Source: Psammoneis japonica (Eukaryota). From it: a stretch of DNA of 64,000 nucleotides. The stretch spans positions 248,001-312,000 of the forward strand of contig QPGO01000051.1 in NCBI GenBank assembly GCA_008632985.1, given 5' to 3'. Position 1 is the stretch's first letter. Every line of letters starts with the position of its first letter. A model generated the notes under the pieces. It ran no database searches, was not told the DNA's origin, and worked only from the letters and a program-made list of their open reading frames with translations. The translations under genes and the position numbers were made by a program. Of the stretch, positions 37,234 to 50,417 are shown one piece after another.

Positions 37234-39446
37234 ATGGTTCTATCTCTTCGTCGCCTCTCCATTGCGAATCTTCTTCACTTTTGTCTCTTTTTATTCACGT
37301 GTTTGAATGTGACTGCCTTTCTTCCTCATAGCAGCACAACGAGCCATTGTTTCATCGACAAAAAATACAATCATCAACGCATCAATTACAATCCCAAAAG
37401 AACTATGAATATTCAATCCTTTCAATTCCCATCATGCTCCGCTTCTTCGTTGTACGCTTCGGTAATCCCTTCGTCGTTTTCCTTGTTTGCAACACCCTCC
37501 ATGTACTTGGTTCGGATTGTCTTTTTACGCAGTCTGGCCCTCGTTTATGCGGTTGCCTTTTTGGTGGCTCGCAATCAGAACAAGGCCTTGATTGGCGACA
37601 ATGGAATTACGCCAGCTCGTAATGTACTGAGACAAGCCTATGAACGCGGTCGAGCTACTCGACAACGACGAGAAGAGTGGTTGGAAATTCAAAAACAAGC
37701 AAGACAACAACGACGAATGCGTCGCAAGAAACGAAAAACACGGTTCTTGCGATTGCTTTGGAGTAATCCCATTCGAGCCATTGGCGATTCCCTCAATCAA
37801 ATGGAATTTATAAAGCCATACGAGAGAAATGCTGGGATCGGTCGGATCGAATGGGACGACCCGTTACGACGTTGCTTTGGTTTGCACCCGACAAGTACGA
37901 ATTGAATCCGTGGTTGGATGGGATTGCCAACGCGGGCCTCGCCCTGGCGGCAGCTGTGTTTGTCTTGGGCTCGGCCAATGTCCCATTGTTACTGGGACTA
38001 TGGGCATGCCAACGATCACTCATGGCGGTTGGCGGACCGTGGTATGGATACGGATGGGAACCTCAGTTGGCCGAGCTCGGATTTCATGCCCTCTTTCTCG
38101 TTCCACCGCTCTCGCTCAATCCATTTCATGGCAACGTTTCGACAGTCGCCACGTGGGCCATGCGGTGGTTCTTGTTTCGAATCATGATGGGAGCCGGACT
38201 GATCAAACTCAAACCACGTTCGGATAAAAAGTGGAAAGACTTGACGGCCATGAATTACTTTTATGAAACACAACCCGTTCCCAATCCATTCACGAGATAC
38301 TTTCATTGGATGCCACAATTCTGGCATAAGTTTGAAGTGCTCACCAACCACTTTGTCGAAGTTGTGGCACCCTTTTTGCTCATTTTGCCTGGCTTGCCAA
38401 CCAGCTTGAGACGAGCCGGGGGATTGATTCAATTGATTTTTCAATCCGTGTTGATTTCTTCTGGGAACTTGAGGTAAGTCAACGTATTTGTCTCTGCATT
38501 GGCGTTGGGGTGGTGTATGGATGTAAAAGAATTGTTTATTCGTTATGCGTGTAGTCGCTTCAGTATTCTAACTCTTGCCTGTCTGTTTCATAGCTTCCTC
38601 AATTGGTTGACCATGGTAGGTTCTGGAAAGTGTAACGACAAGGAATCCGCTCACCGGACAAATGACAACTAACCTTTTGTTTCACTACTTTTGCCAACAC
38701 AACAGGTACCTGCATTATTTGCGTTGGACGACGGGTTTCTTGGAAAATACTTTTCGGAATCATCGCGGACGGCCGCAGCAGCGGCTGCGTCCGCCAAAAC
38801 CTCCTATCGCCTTGGGTGGGTTCGGAATGCAGTTGACATTAGCTTTGGTGTTTTAATTGCGTCCCTGAGTGTTGCAATAGTCAAGAACTTGCTTGCAAAA
38901 CAGCAAGTGATGAATGGTTCCTTTGACCCGCTGCGACTCGTCAATACCTACGGGGCTTTTGGATCTGTCAATGAAGATCGATACGAACTCGTCGTGTCGT
39001 CAGCCAACAGTGTTGTCGGTCCCTGGCAAGAATACGAATTCAAAGTGAAACCTGGAAGTCTTGACAGGTCTCCCAAATGGATTAGCCCTTACCATTATCG
39101 ATTGGATTGGCAACTATGGATTGCATCTACAGTTGGATCGATCGAAGCAAGTCCGTGGATGTATTCTTTCTTGCAAGAGATTTTGCTAGGAAACAAAGAA
39201 GTATTGGATTTGCTGGAAAATGATCCATGGTCAAACGAAGAACGATACAACTCACAAACAGGAGAAATCATGAAGCCAAAGTATATTCGTGTCGACAGAT
39301 ACCGCTACAACTTTCATAGGAAACAAAAGGGCAAGTTTCGCTTCAAGCATCCCTACTGGGACCGCGAATACGCTGGAAGATTCTTCCCCAGACAAGGAGT
39401 GGCAACTTTGGAGGATCTAAAGGAGTTTACGAAATCTAACCGCTAG
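37234..39446 (+). CDS. Lipase maturation factor (LMF) family protein; frameshift near 37808, introns 38474-38593 and 38616-38705
   Basis: LIGDNGITP, WYGYGWEPQLAELGF, FRIMMGAGLIK, YETQPVPNP, SGNLSFLNWLT, VNTYGAFG, SPYHYRLDWQLW. Confidence 0.9.
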
Positions 39447-39539
39447 CTAGTATATTTTTTTAAACTTTTCGGAACGTGTCCGGGTGTCTTCAATCTTTAT
39501 CGTGCTCGGCATTACTCGGCATGAACAGGACAGACTGAC

Positions 39540-39720
39540 TTGTACGGTAGTCTAGTTAAAACCTGCTTCACGCTCTCTCTAATCACGAGATGAGATAGTA
39601 GAGAATAGTACCGTAGCTCAAGCTCTACGCTCTCTAGCTCTAGGGAGTACCGAACGCACAACGTTAGGGCTAGAGAGTAGCTCTAGAGTAGACTAGACTA
39701 GGGCCCTAGCTCTTTTAGAG
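39540..39720. repeat. CTAG/TAG-rich low-complexity tract between convergent genes
   Basis: ctctagctctaggg...gctagagagtagctctagagtagactagactagggccctagc. Confidence 0.75.
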
Positions 39721-40029
39721 AGCGCTCCCAACATGGGAGCGGTCAATCTGTGGGGAGACAACAGAGATGTGTCTACACCTCAACCAGTCGGTCAGGCAGA
39801 CGGCGCAGACACCTTCAATTTTGATAATATGTCCTACGACACTGAGGACAGATCATTCAACGGAAACATGAGACACGATTGGCCAACGAGGGTGAGGAGA
39901 AGCTTCAAAGCATAACTGTTTAGTTCTTCCCATTTTAATCCAACGTTTACATAATTTAGCTATTGCTGTAATTTGGACCCCGACTTTTCTGTACTCTAAC
40001 CCGGTTTAGTTTGTGTAAGATGATTTTTG

Positions 40030-40904
40030 TCATGATGAAATACTCATTCTCGCTTTAAAGATCCGAAGCCTTGGGCCTCTAGCATTTTTCAAATCTTGAT
40101 TGATAGACCCATGTGCAACGCCATCATTCGACACAGCCAGGTCAAAATCATCCGTAGATGACACGGGGGATACCTGTGGGCATTGGGCTGCCATAGCGGA
40201 CACATGCCGTTGCTTGACCTTTGTCGTTTTCTGCTTCTTTCGCGGCGGAGAGACTTCGGCACAAACTCGTTTGGTGCTCCCTTCAGTTTCAATCAAAGAT
40301 CCAGTGGAAACGCATGGAACTACACGAAGCTCAGGAGCTCCTTCTCTTAGCGCTTGAGACGTTTTTCTCGCGCTTTTTTGTTGCCAACGTCTCGATACGT
40401 GTTGGTAGCAACGTCCTTTTTCAAGAATCGTCCGCCCATTCTCCGTACCGCTTGCACAATAGAGCGAGCAATGAGCGGCTTGTCTCGACGCTTGGCTTTC
40501 AGGTATGCCGGTTGCTCTTTTTTGACCAGTTTCCGATACCACACATTTCCCGAGTTGTGATTGGTCTCTCCGCCACGGCCGCAAAGAACATCGTATTTGC
40601 CCACTTTTGTAATCACTTCATCGGGTGGAGGGACTGAATAGGTCGGCTCCTTGCTCTGCTTTAGATAAGAGCTGTTCAGCGTATCCGACTCGTATCCTTC
40701 ATCGGAGGAGGCCGCATCTGGCAGACAAGTCGAATGATCGAGAGATACGATTCGCGGACCCGTGTTTGATTCTGCCGTTTCAGCCCCATCACGCAGCCCA
40801 AGAGTTCTGGGACGTGGTATGGGAGGGACGTGTTCCTCGCTACTAGCGGTAGAAGCCTGCTCTTCAAGGTGGCTAACCGCGAGAGCAATACTCTCCAAAC
40901 CCAT
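40030..40904 (-). CDS. DUF6824-domain protein (diatom-expanded family); frameshift near 40365
   Basis: DVLCGRGGETNHNSGN...IVQAVRRMGGRFLKK...KAREKTSQALRE, which needs one A restored in an A-run. Confidence 0.85.
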
Positions 40905-41450
40905 GGTCAAACTACGATTGCTTTAGTCGTGTGCCATGCAATTTTTTTGGCTAAAATGTTGACAAGTGCGTGGCTTCTCGCCGTGACTCTCTTCCTGTGT
41001 CGTGTCGTGTTGCGCTTTTTGTGCGGTTCAGCGAGTCCGTTGGCCTCGCGGGACTGCACGGCATGTGCTTCCACCTCCAGTATGTTCGTACGTGAGCTCT
41101 ACGACAAATTGAAATTTCGCGTCAATTTTGACACGTCTGGATGATGTCACGACTAATTATGTTGCCGTGACACTGCGCGGTTCTCAGAATTCAGTCACGC
41201 GAATCATCATCCTTTTTGCCCTTTTGCCATTCAACCCACATTTTCAATTTGCCTTGAAAGCGAAATAGCGGTGCTGTTTGGTGACAGGCAACACATCATG
41301 GGATCTCTAGAGCTCTAGCTAGAGAGAGAAGACCATGAGGCGGCACCTAGCGTTAACTAGTAATTATTGCGTTGGATCCTATGTCTAGAATCACCCTTGG
41401 ATATTGGGAGATGAAGATCATTGCATTGAGCCGGAATTAACGGTAACTCG

Positions 41451-43258
41451 TTACGTTTGTGGGGCCTTCTTCATGAGAGAAGCAAAGGTGACTGGCATTC
41501 TTGTGGACCCACCCATCAAAGGGTTGTTCGTGGCACCGACGGCTTCTGCTCGATCAACAAGTACCTCGTCGTCCTCGGACTCTTCAATTTCACTCAAAAG
41601 GCCCTCGTATTCATCGTCGTCGTCGTCTTCACTGAAAGAGCTTTGGATGTTTCTCGATAAACTTGCGTCTTGATTAGGCACTGCTGGGGAGGGCAACAAG
41701 AACTGTTTCCAAAAGAGAGAGGAACCATTGTCAGAAATTGGTTGATTTTGCTTGAATGATTTCAATTCCAATTCATGAACATATTCTTCGCTTTCATGCA
41801 AATCGGGTAATTCTTTGGAGGCATGGTATGCGCAGTATGCCAAGAGTGCGGCCAACAAGTAAGGCCATCCCGGAAGAGCCGAATGTTCACTGAGAGTCAT
41901 GAGACTACCAAGTACGAGCGGCCCAATTCCTTCAGTCAGGGCCTTGATACCATTAATCGCACCCAAGGCTTCTCCAACGGCCTGAGGCTCAACGTTCCCC
42001 GAGACCAAGGAACTGAGTGACGGATAAACCAGGTTGCCCAGCAACGAGAATGCTGCACAGACAAACAGGTGCCACGGCTCAAAGGCAAACCCCAAAATGA
42101 TGCACTGCATCACAAAACTAATCAATCCCATTTGCATTGACTTTAATTCACCAAACATTGGAACCATTATTCGAACCAAGACCGCTTCGGCAATCATAGT
42201 GGACAAACCCAAGGCCGACATTAACTCTCCCAGTCTTTCTGGACCGAGATGAAAATGTTGGGCGGCATAGAGAATCAAGGTAGAAATGACGGCCCACAGG
42301 CGGTGTAGTAGAAAAATGCCACCTTGCCGACACGACGCAAGAATGGATCAATCGAGATGAGAGCCAAGCTCTCAAACGGCGAGGACCACGAGAGAGACGT
42401 TTGATCTTGCTGCTGTTGTCGTTGAGGATTACTCTCGGGTAGTATGAAATAAATGTATACCAAATCCAATAATGTGAGAGTTAGCGAGGCAGCAAAGACA
42501 TGCCGTGTCTTGCCCGCATTGGCGATATATCCTCCGGCCATGGGTCCAATCGTAAAGCTCAACCCAAAGGTTGCAAGAGCCAACCCATATGCTGCGACAC
42601 GATCGTTCCGTTCAGTCACTGTATCAGAAATGTAAGCAAAGACCAGGGTAAAGGTCGAGCTGAAAACACCACTAAGTGCCAACAAGACAACAAACATGGT
42701 AATAGCTGTCGACGAGAGAGTATCATTGATCGTCGCAGGGTTGCTTTTGTCGGAAAACATGGGAAACGCCCAGGTATCTTCTTCTCCCTCCGATAACATC
42801 GTCACATTGTTGCCATTGTCAGTTGCTTGCTGTTGTTGAGAGGCAGTCAGGGTTGTAAAAGACATGACAGCCAAGGAACAAACCGGAGCACAGGTTCCAG
42901 CTACAGTAACGAATAAACATAAACGTCTTCCAACGACATCACTGAGCTTGCCGAAGAGCGGGCAAGCGACAAAAGCGAGCAACCCTCGTACACATTCTGC
43001 GACTCCCATTACCAAATAAACATGCGACGACCCATATTGTTGTATTAAGATTCCTGGTAACACCGCGCGAGTCAATGCCAATGCTAAAAACTCCATCAAC
43101 AACACCGGTAGCACGTACAAGTGCTGTTGCTGCTGCTGATTATTCTTGATGGATGCATGGTGTTGTTGATTCTCCGATGAAAGCTGTGCTAAACGAGGCG
43201 GTGAACCATAAGCCGATGATGGAGCAGTTTCCATCATGCGTGGAGAATACAACGACAT
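41451..43258 (-). CDS. MFS transporter, HIAT1/MFSD14 (TetA-like) type; frameshift near 42300
   Basis: Motif A GKLSDVVGRR, FAYISD, FGLSFTIGPMAGG, GEALGAINGIKALTEGIGP; one C restores YYTALWAVISTLILY. Confidence 0.88.
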
Positions 43259-43329
43259 TGTTTTATGGGGTCTTTTGTTGTTATTGTTGATAAAAACTCA
43301 TTGGAACAAAACACAACGGCATGACGAGG

Positions 43330-44245
43330 AGCGAGGTGTGCAAGGTTTTGTGTCCTTTTGAAAAAGACCTTTCTCGCAGGCATGCTTGTTGGTTTGTCTG
43401 GATCAATGCTTGAGCTCCACAACTGGGGTCCTGCTCCTAAATCAAAATGCACAGCTACACTGATGTGCAACCGATGTGCCTTTGATGGTGTGATGTGTGA
43501 TGTGCCATGGCAGTTGCGGAATCAAAACAGTTGACATTGCTGTCATTCAGAGTTGTTGATCTCTCCCGACACACAGGGTGTGCACAGGCTTCACTCGTCA
43601 TCAAAGCCGCTGTCATTCTTTTTTGCACACACACAACAATGGGCACCAACGGCAGCTTGCTTTCAGAGCTGGCACACATTTTCTTGGCATCAGCAGTGCT
43701 GAAAATGCAGAGTCCAGTTACAAGCTCCTTTTGAGACTGTGCTGACATGGCTGCAAAGACCCACCAGTGCTTCTTGCACGTGGCCTGCCTCCTCTGCTGC
43801 ACGAATTGAGAGGCAGCAGAGAGCACTGGGGCTGTGCCCTGGTGGAAAAGGTGCAGCAAACAAAACATCACTGCAGGAAAAAGGAAAAAAGGTTCCTGTG
43901 TGCAGATCAGACAAGCAAGAAGGGCTCGTGGAAAAAGACAAGAAAAGAGGATTTTTTCAAGCAGGAAAGAGATGGTGGTGTGGAGGCCGGGGCTGGCCGG
44001 GAACCTTGTCAGAAAAGCAAGTGTGGCTGTGCTGTGCATGAGGGCTCTCTCTGCCCAGGCCACATTGTCAGTGTCATGCCAGCAAATGAATGTGTGCTGG
44101 GTTCCCCACGACAGTGGCATGTGCGCGGACATTGCGTTGTTGGAGAACAAGAGAGACAAAGAACAAGTGTGCGCTTTGTTTTCGCGCTTCTTTCTGCACC
44201 CTTGCACCACAGCACGCGCACTGTGCCCGCATCGTTTTCTCTTCG
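43330..44245. mobile_element. Degenerate TpA-depleted block next to the YR retrotransposon
   Basis: About three TA, all toward the MFS gene side; Cys/His-rich spurious ORFs. Confidence 0.5.
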
Positions 44246-44691
44246 GGATTCGATGATGTGAGATGCCGATCCGCATCCGACAAAAGTCCTAGACTGCCAG
44301 CCCAAGAACCACTGAGAAGAACCTTGGCATTGGAATGCTTGGGAGTCTCATGGAGTGGAGCTCTCGGCAACACTCTACTCCGCACAAGGGGGGTTGGGCA
44401 AAACCCACACCCTCCGCAGGGTCTCGAGTAAAACTCGAGGGCTCGTGATCAGGAACCTCTAGGATCTGCTCATGGCGCTTCCAGTCGAGACCAGTGGGAG
44501 GTGCCTCCGGCATTTCGCAACGTCGGAACCCCACACCAGATGAATCTCAGACTTGGAATCGAAGATGATGCCCGATGCTGTTCCTGTGACTTCGTAGCTG
44601 ATGCGTCGTCTAAAGCAGATCGTCAAGGAACCTGGTCCAGACTTTGCAGGTAGACTCCCGTGGTCCAACAGTGAAGTTGAGCGCAAAATCC
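44246..44691 (-). repeat. Split direct repeat B2
   Basis: ~445-bp copy of 44963-45407. Confidence 0.95.
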
Positions 44692-44710
44692 AGGGAGTGG
44701 TGGGTGGGTG

Positions 44711-44959
44711 CAAAAAATCGCTTTTCCAATGCTTTGGAATGATCCAGTCACGTTGATCAGGGTTCCTGTCTCAACAAAGATGGAAAAGTGAGAGCAACAA
44801 AACGCTGACAGGTTTGACCGGTCTCCGTGACCAGTCATCTTGGAGACCAGTCATCTTGGGCCAGAAGTGCCCGCTTCTGGAAGAGGCACAAGTCTTGGGA
44901 CATTTTCCGATGAAAGGTCTTGCATCGCACTGTTCGTCTCCATCTAAACTTGGGTGCGA
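44711..44959 (-). repeat. Split direct repeat A2
   Basis: Copy of 53531-53763 with a 16-bp internal duplication. Confidence 0.95.
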
Positions 44960-44962
44960 GGA

Positions 44963-45407
44963 GGATTCGATGATGTGAGATGCCGATCCGCATCCGACAA
45001 AAGTCCAGACTGCCAGCCCAAGAACCACTGAGAAGAACCTTGGCATTGGAATGCTTGGGAGTCTCATGGAGCAGAGCTCTCGGCAACACTCTGCTCCGCA
45101 CAAGGGGGGTTGGGCAAAACCCATGCCCTCCGCAGGGTCTCGAGCAAAACTCGAGGGCTCACGATCAGGAACCTCTAGGATCCACTCATGGCGCTTCCAG
45201 TTGAGACCAGTGGGAGGCACCTCCGGCATTTCGCAACGTCGGAACCCCATGCTAGATGAATCTCAGACTTGGAATCGAAGATGACGCCCGACGCTGTTCC
45301 TGTGACTTCACAGCTGATGCGTCGTCTAAAGCAGATCATCAAGGAACCTGGTCCAGACTTTACAGGCAGACTCCCGTGGTCTGACAGTAAAGTTGAGCGC
45401 AAAATCC
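44963..45407 (-). repeat. Split direct repeat B1
   Basis: Copy of 44246-44691. Confidence 0.95.
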
Positions 45408-45493
45408 CCCCCGATGAGAACTCCCAGGTGGTGGCCACCTGAAAAAAGAAATCTTGAGATCCAACGAAGAAGAGGCAGGTGGTGAAGCTTGTC

Positions 45494-47024
45494 TCACATT
45501 TCCTGTGTGCATCTCAGGAAAGAGGGAAGGAGGAGAGAGATGTTGGCACAGTGTTGCCTCATCTTGTGTGAGGGCCGAGCGGCCCCAGCTCGCTCCTTCC
45601 TTTTCCATTGATTCACTGCATCGATGTCGTCTTCCGACACACTCTGGGAAACAGCTCGCGAGTCAGACCCACGATGGAACGATCGGCTCACATCGCACTT
45701 CTCTTGATGTCGCCATGAGAAGTGATGTCGGCACCAAACAGAGCCGGGTGGTCGTTGAACAGTTCACCCAGAACAAGATGGAGAAGGGTGTTCAACTCCC
45801 AAGTGGTTGCAACCTTCCCTCCAGGGTCTGATGCAGCCGGCCCTCTAGCACGTCCTTTCGAAGCTTGCAAGGACACAACAGCTCGGGTCCATCCACGGAT
45901 CTGATGCCGGAACCTGTCACATTTACGCTTGGCAGAAGGTGCTGCCGCTCACCGTGTTCTCCCCCAACTCGTCGAGCAAAGGGATCACAACACACGAGTT
46001 GTGGAGTGGGAGGTGTTCCCGCAACGCCCCCAAATGATGAGCAATCCCTCTGGCCCACAAAGGGACAGGGTGAAGCTCACTGCAAAACAGAAGCCCCCGG
46101 CCAGAAACCCAAACCGATCCCCGGCGTTTGTGGCTTGAAGAAACTTGTCTTCAAGCCTTGGCAGCAGATGTTGCACAATTTGAACAGAAATTGCCCTGTC
46201 CGGCCTCCAATCCTGGCCCATTTGTCTCTTGCATCCAGTCACAAACCTTTGAAACCACAAGGAGGCACACGGGTCCTCGCATGTCTGAAGGTGTTGCTTG
46301 CCTTCAAGATCCGCCAACGCAAGGGCCCGAGAGTTGGCGGAGGCTGATGCCCTGACCTGGTTTGAGCAAGCTGTTCGAAGCTTCCTGACGGTGTCAAACT
46401 GGGAGTGCGAGCCTGAACAGTGACCGGGGGGTGTGATGCCAAGACTGTCTGCATTGCCACCTCATGTCCACAGTGATCATGCGGAGGCAAGGGGCCTGGT
46501 TCCAGATGAGGGCCATGAAGACCAAGACGATCCAACAGGGCCAATCCCTGAGCCACCTTGGACGCGTTGTTCTCCACAGTGGAACTTTCTCTGCTCCAGA
46601 ATGCACCCAAATTGATCTGCCTGATGCAAGCCAATGCCACCTCATCACGTGGAGAAGTCGGGATAGGGTCTCTGCGATGCAACTCATGAAAAATGCAAGT
46701 GTCGCACTTGAAAGCCACCATTGGATGGTCCCCAGCACGAGCTTGGAAGAACTTGTTCCTGTCCTGGGGCTTTCGAAACCAAATGTTGTCTTCAATTTGC
46801 GCCGCATCCTCACCTGGCTGGGCCCCGTCATCGTTTTGATGGTCGTCCGGGAGAATCCCGCCCAAGTGAAGGTGACGCTTGCGCTCGAAGCATGACACCC
46901 TGGACACCACGCTCTGCGACACGGAGGCCAACCTCGGACACTGTGCACAAAATTTGCGCAAAATGTCCCTCGCGTCCACTTCAGCCTCCTCCCACACTTT
47001 TGCAACGCCCGGTCCATGGAGCAC
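45494..47024 (-). pseudogene. Tyrosine recombinase of the retrotransposon (frameshifted, catalytic residues mutated)
   Basis: AFWSRESSTV; SLCGPEG (expected SLRGxE); SRSFHRGS...VNQW...MRQHC (expected RSxRRG...W...HY). Confidence 0.8.
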
Positions 47025-47063
47025 ATCTTTGGTGTCCCTCGGAGCTGCTGCGGACTGTGAGAG

Positions 47064-50061
47064 ATGAAGGGGAAAACAAGACCGATGAGCAAAGGTTCGA
47101 ACATTTCTTCAGGCCAGAACGCCCCAGCTCCCGCCGGCACCAGAAAGACGAGGTCCGCTGCCTCACACAATTGTTTCTGCCACTCCGGAGTCATTGGGTG
47201 CGGACAGACAAAAATGTGGAACGATTTCTGGCGCTTGAGGTGGGCAATGCAGAGTTCTTCGAGAGCCGTTCTAGCCGCGGCGGGCGGTGGGGCCCAGACC
47301 CAAGTGCCTGACCGGAACACTGGCATCTCAACCGCTTCGCAGGGCGGGCAGTGCCACTCAGATGTGTCGCGGCCCTTCTGGAACCAATCGACAGGAGAAA
47401 GGAGTTCGGCCGTCAGTGATCCCACCCAGGAATGGATCCAATCGAACAGCAGAGGTGCCCGCTCAGTCGCTGCCAAGTGCAAAGGAACAAACGAGAGCAT
47501 CTTGGCCCCATTCAAGACCCCTTCCACAAGATGCCTCGAAAACCCCATCTGTGCCTTGGGCTGTCATGCGTTTGCCCGAGACATGAACCAAGTGGAGAAT
47601 GAACCCGCACTTGGCCTCGAGCACCCGCAACCGTGTCACCTGCTCCAGGAGTTTCAGATTCGACGAGGTTTTTGTAGACTGCAATCTCTGAGACTGAGTT
47701 GTCAGTGAAAAAGCAGAGAGTGGTGCCATCCATTTCCCCCCGACTCAGCCAGCTCCTGGACTGCATCGATTGTGCTCGAAAGTTCCTTCCAATTTGAAGA
47801 ATTGGATTGATCATCGTCGCCCCAGATCCCAATCCGAAACACGATCGCCCCGTCCTTAGTCTGGACGGATGAACCAAGGCCCTTCCCAGACGCATCAGCG
47901 AATCCGCACAGGACCACCACAACCTTGGAGGAGCAGACAATTCCAGCAGCAGGCTCATCCGGTTCCACAATCCGTCGCAAAGCCCGCAAGTCAGAGAACA
48001 ACTGAGGCACTGCACGCACGGTCTCGGGGTGCTTGCCGTCCCGAAGGTTCTCACCAAGCTCACACGGATCAGCACTGAGCTTGTCGGCCTTGTGATGGAT
48101 CCATGCTGTGCACTCCTCATCTGACACAGCCCACCCATCCGCCTTTCGGTTTGGGCGCCAACTGTCCAGTGTCAGGTGAATCCCTTTGAGGAAGGGCATC
48201 AAAAAGGGGCAAGTCATGGCGGCATGGACAAGAAACCCACGCTTTCGTTCGAGGTCCTTAAAGTTGCACTCGGGAGGCCGAGTCATCCATTCCATCGCAT
48301 GACTTAGAAGGGACTCAATCATGCCCTTGCCCTTGTCCCACTTGGCCTGTGAAAGAGATTGGGTGACATTGCGGGCAAGCACGCGGAAAATGGCACCAGC
48401 CCAGGCACCCATCTCCTGCTGGGATGGGGGCTGAACTTTGCGCGGGGCGTTCTGGAGTCCAAGACACTGAAGCCTGGCAGCCATCTGATGTGCCACTTGC
48501 CACGCCTCTTCTTCACTGGCTCCCATGCCTGCAAGTCATCTGCGAAGGTTTTGATGTCTCCAGCGATGATCTTCAGGATGGAGTTCCATTTGATCATGAG
48601 TGGGTCTTGAACCTTGCAACTGGGATCCCCTGGGAGGTTAAAAAGAACTTTGTCAAAGCCCGCGGGGTTCCCCGGACGGCTGGGATCCCCTCGGGCCACT
48701 TCGTCAGCCCAATGATGCGTCTGCACCGCGTTGCAAGGGCTGGGCTTCATTCCCATAAACAGACGGTTCCAACGCTCCATGCCAACAGGAGATTCAGTCG
48801 GCAAGGGCCGTGGGAGGTGGTTGCGGAGCGGAGTGAGATCAACACCGGCAAAGGGTCGAATCCGTGGGTCCATGAAAAAATTGAGAAACATGTCCCCCAG
48901 ATCCAAATCAACAGAGAAAGTTGATTCGGTCATGCACCCTAACACCGACGCTGCAGTTGGAAGGAAGAAAGAAGGAGCCCAGAGAGCGTCGTTTAGACCG
49001 GATGAAGTGCCGTTGTGCACCATCCGGATGTCCTCGACTGCTTCCTCCATCCTCCCGTCAGACCTCGGGACCAAAGACACAGCCTCAGGGACCCAGAAAC
49101 AGTCTGCAAGACTCGAAACTGGAGCACGCTCAATGCATCCATGGTCCCGGACCTTCTGGATTTTGGTTGCCATGCGCTGCACTTCGTTTGCAGAGCCGCA
49201 AACCCGTTGCCACTTGCGGTTCCTGGGTGGCGTGCCTCTTGCGAAAATCGGAAGACCATCGCGTGCTCCCTGGCGTTGCTCAGGCGAGGGCCTGCGCCAG
49301 AAGAAAAGAGAAGAGCCCCGGCCCCAGCTCCACCAGGAACTTGGCAAAGTTTGAGTTAGAACGTCAGTGCCAAGATTCCCGTCCAACAGTGACGCTGGGA
49401 GTGGTGGGTCTCGATGCAAGCCCCCCTGATGACTCAACAGAGAGTCCCCAAACCATTGTCGCAAGCGCAGCAGCTGAGGAACCCATTCCCACCCGTGGCA
49501 TCGACTCATGTGCCCCAAGAACGAGCGAGTCAAACGGCGGTGCCACCACCAAAGAGCCATCACACGCAAAGCTGGAAGGACAGGCCCAAACATGGGAAAC
49601 AAAAGCGCAATCCGCTTGTCCCATGGACGAAAAGGCGGCAATGCCGAATCCCCTTTTGCCGCCTTGGCAGTGACAAGGGACAGGTTGATCCATTCGTGAG
49701 GCAAATGCCGACCAAGCCGAGGCAGCCAAGTGGCCACAGCCGGCTCAATGGCAGGTTCCGAAGGACCCAAAGATGGGTCGAGGACCGCCGGCCGGGTGCT
49801 GGTGGAGCGCTGCTCAATGACGTGGTCAATGACCGAGGCAAGTAGATTCAGTGGGATCAACTGACTCCACACCTCCCCAGAGAGCAAATCCATCATCTCC
49901 CTTGTCCGGAATCGAAGTGGGAAATCCCACGCAGCCAGGAGTTCGTCGTCACTCAACTCCCTGAGGATCCACCCCGCATGGGACCGGTGAGACTGATGTG
50001 ACACTGGCCGGTGAGTGACTTGTGGGCTCACACGATCGCCCTCCCTGTGACACACCCCCAA
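47064..50061 (-). pseudogene. Reverse transcriptase + RNase H + MT-like region of the retrotransposon
   Basis: DIRMVHNGT, DLDLGDMFLNF, MGMKPSPC, FADD; RNase H CGFADASG...SSNWKEL...FFTDN; WVWAPPP...FVCP...W segment. Confidence 0.85.
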
Positions 50062-50417
50062 AGGTTCTGAGGGGCACGGCTGTCCCGCCAGTTTGCAGTC
50101 AATGATGTGGCCAATCGTGCAACACAGGCCCCCCCTGAACTCTGGGAGAGAGCCCCCGACACAGAAAAGGGTCGTTCAAAAGGACGTGACGCCGCCAACC
50201 ACTGAATGGGGTGGGCCAACGTGACACAAGTGCTGAAGCCCTTTCAAGCCACGTCTTGACATCTTGCCGACCGGGGCCAAGTGCATCGGAACATTGCACT
50301 CCAATCGAGAGATCCTCTCCAAGCATGCCGGGTCCCCAGACACCAGTGCCACATCGCCAGCAGGCGCCAAATTGCCAATCCCTGAGAATGGCATGCGTTG
50401 AAGAGATGCACCCTTCT

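Noticed and set aside
2041..42300. Programmed ribosomal frameshifting or mass pseudogenisation of host genes
   Set aside because: The breaks are single-base homopolymer indels in unrelated genes with intact motifs; assembly error is the simpler explanation.
47150..47310. The element's MT-like domain as the cause of TA loss
   Set aside because: It is itself degenerate, its identity is unconfirmed, and elements lacking it are equally affected.
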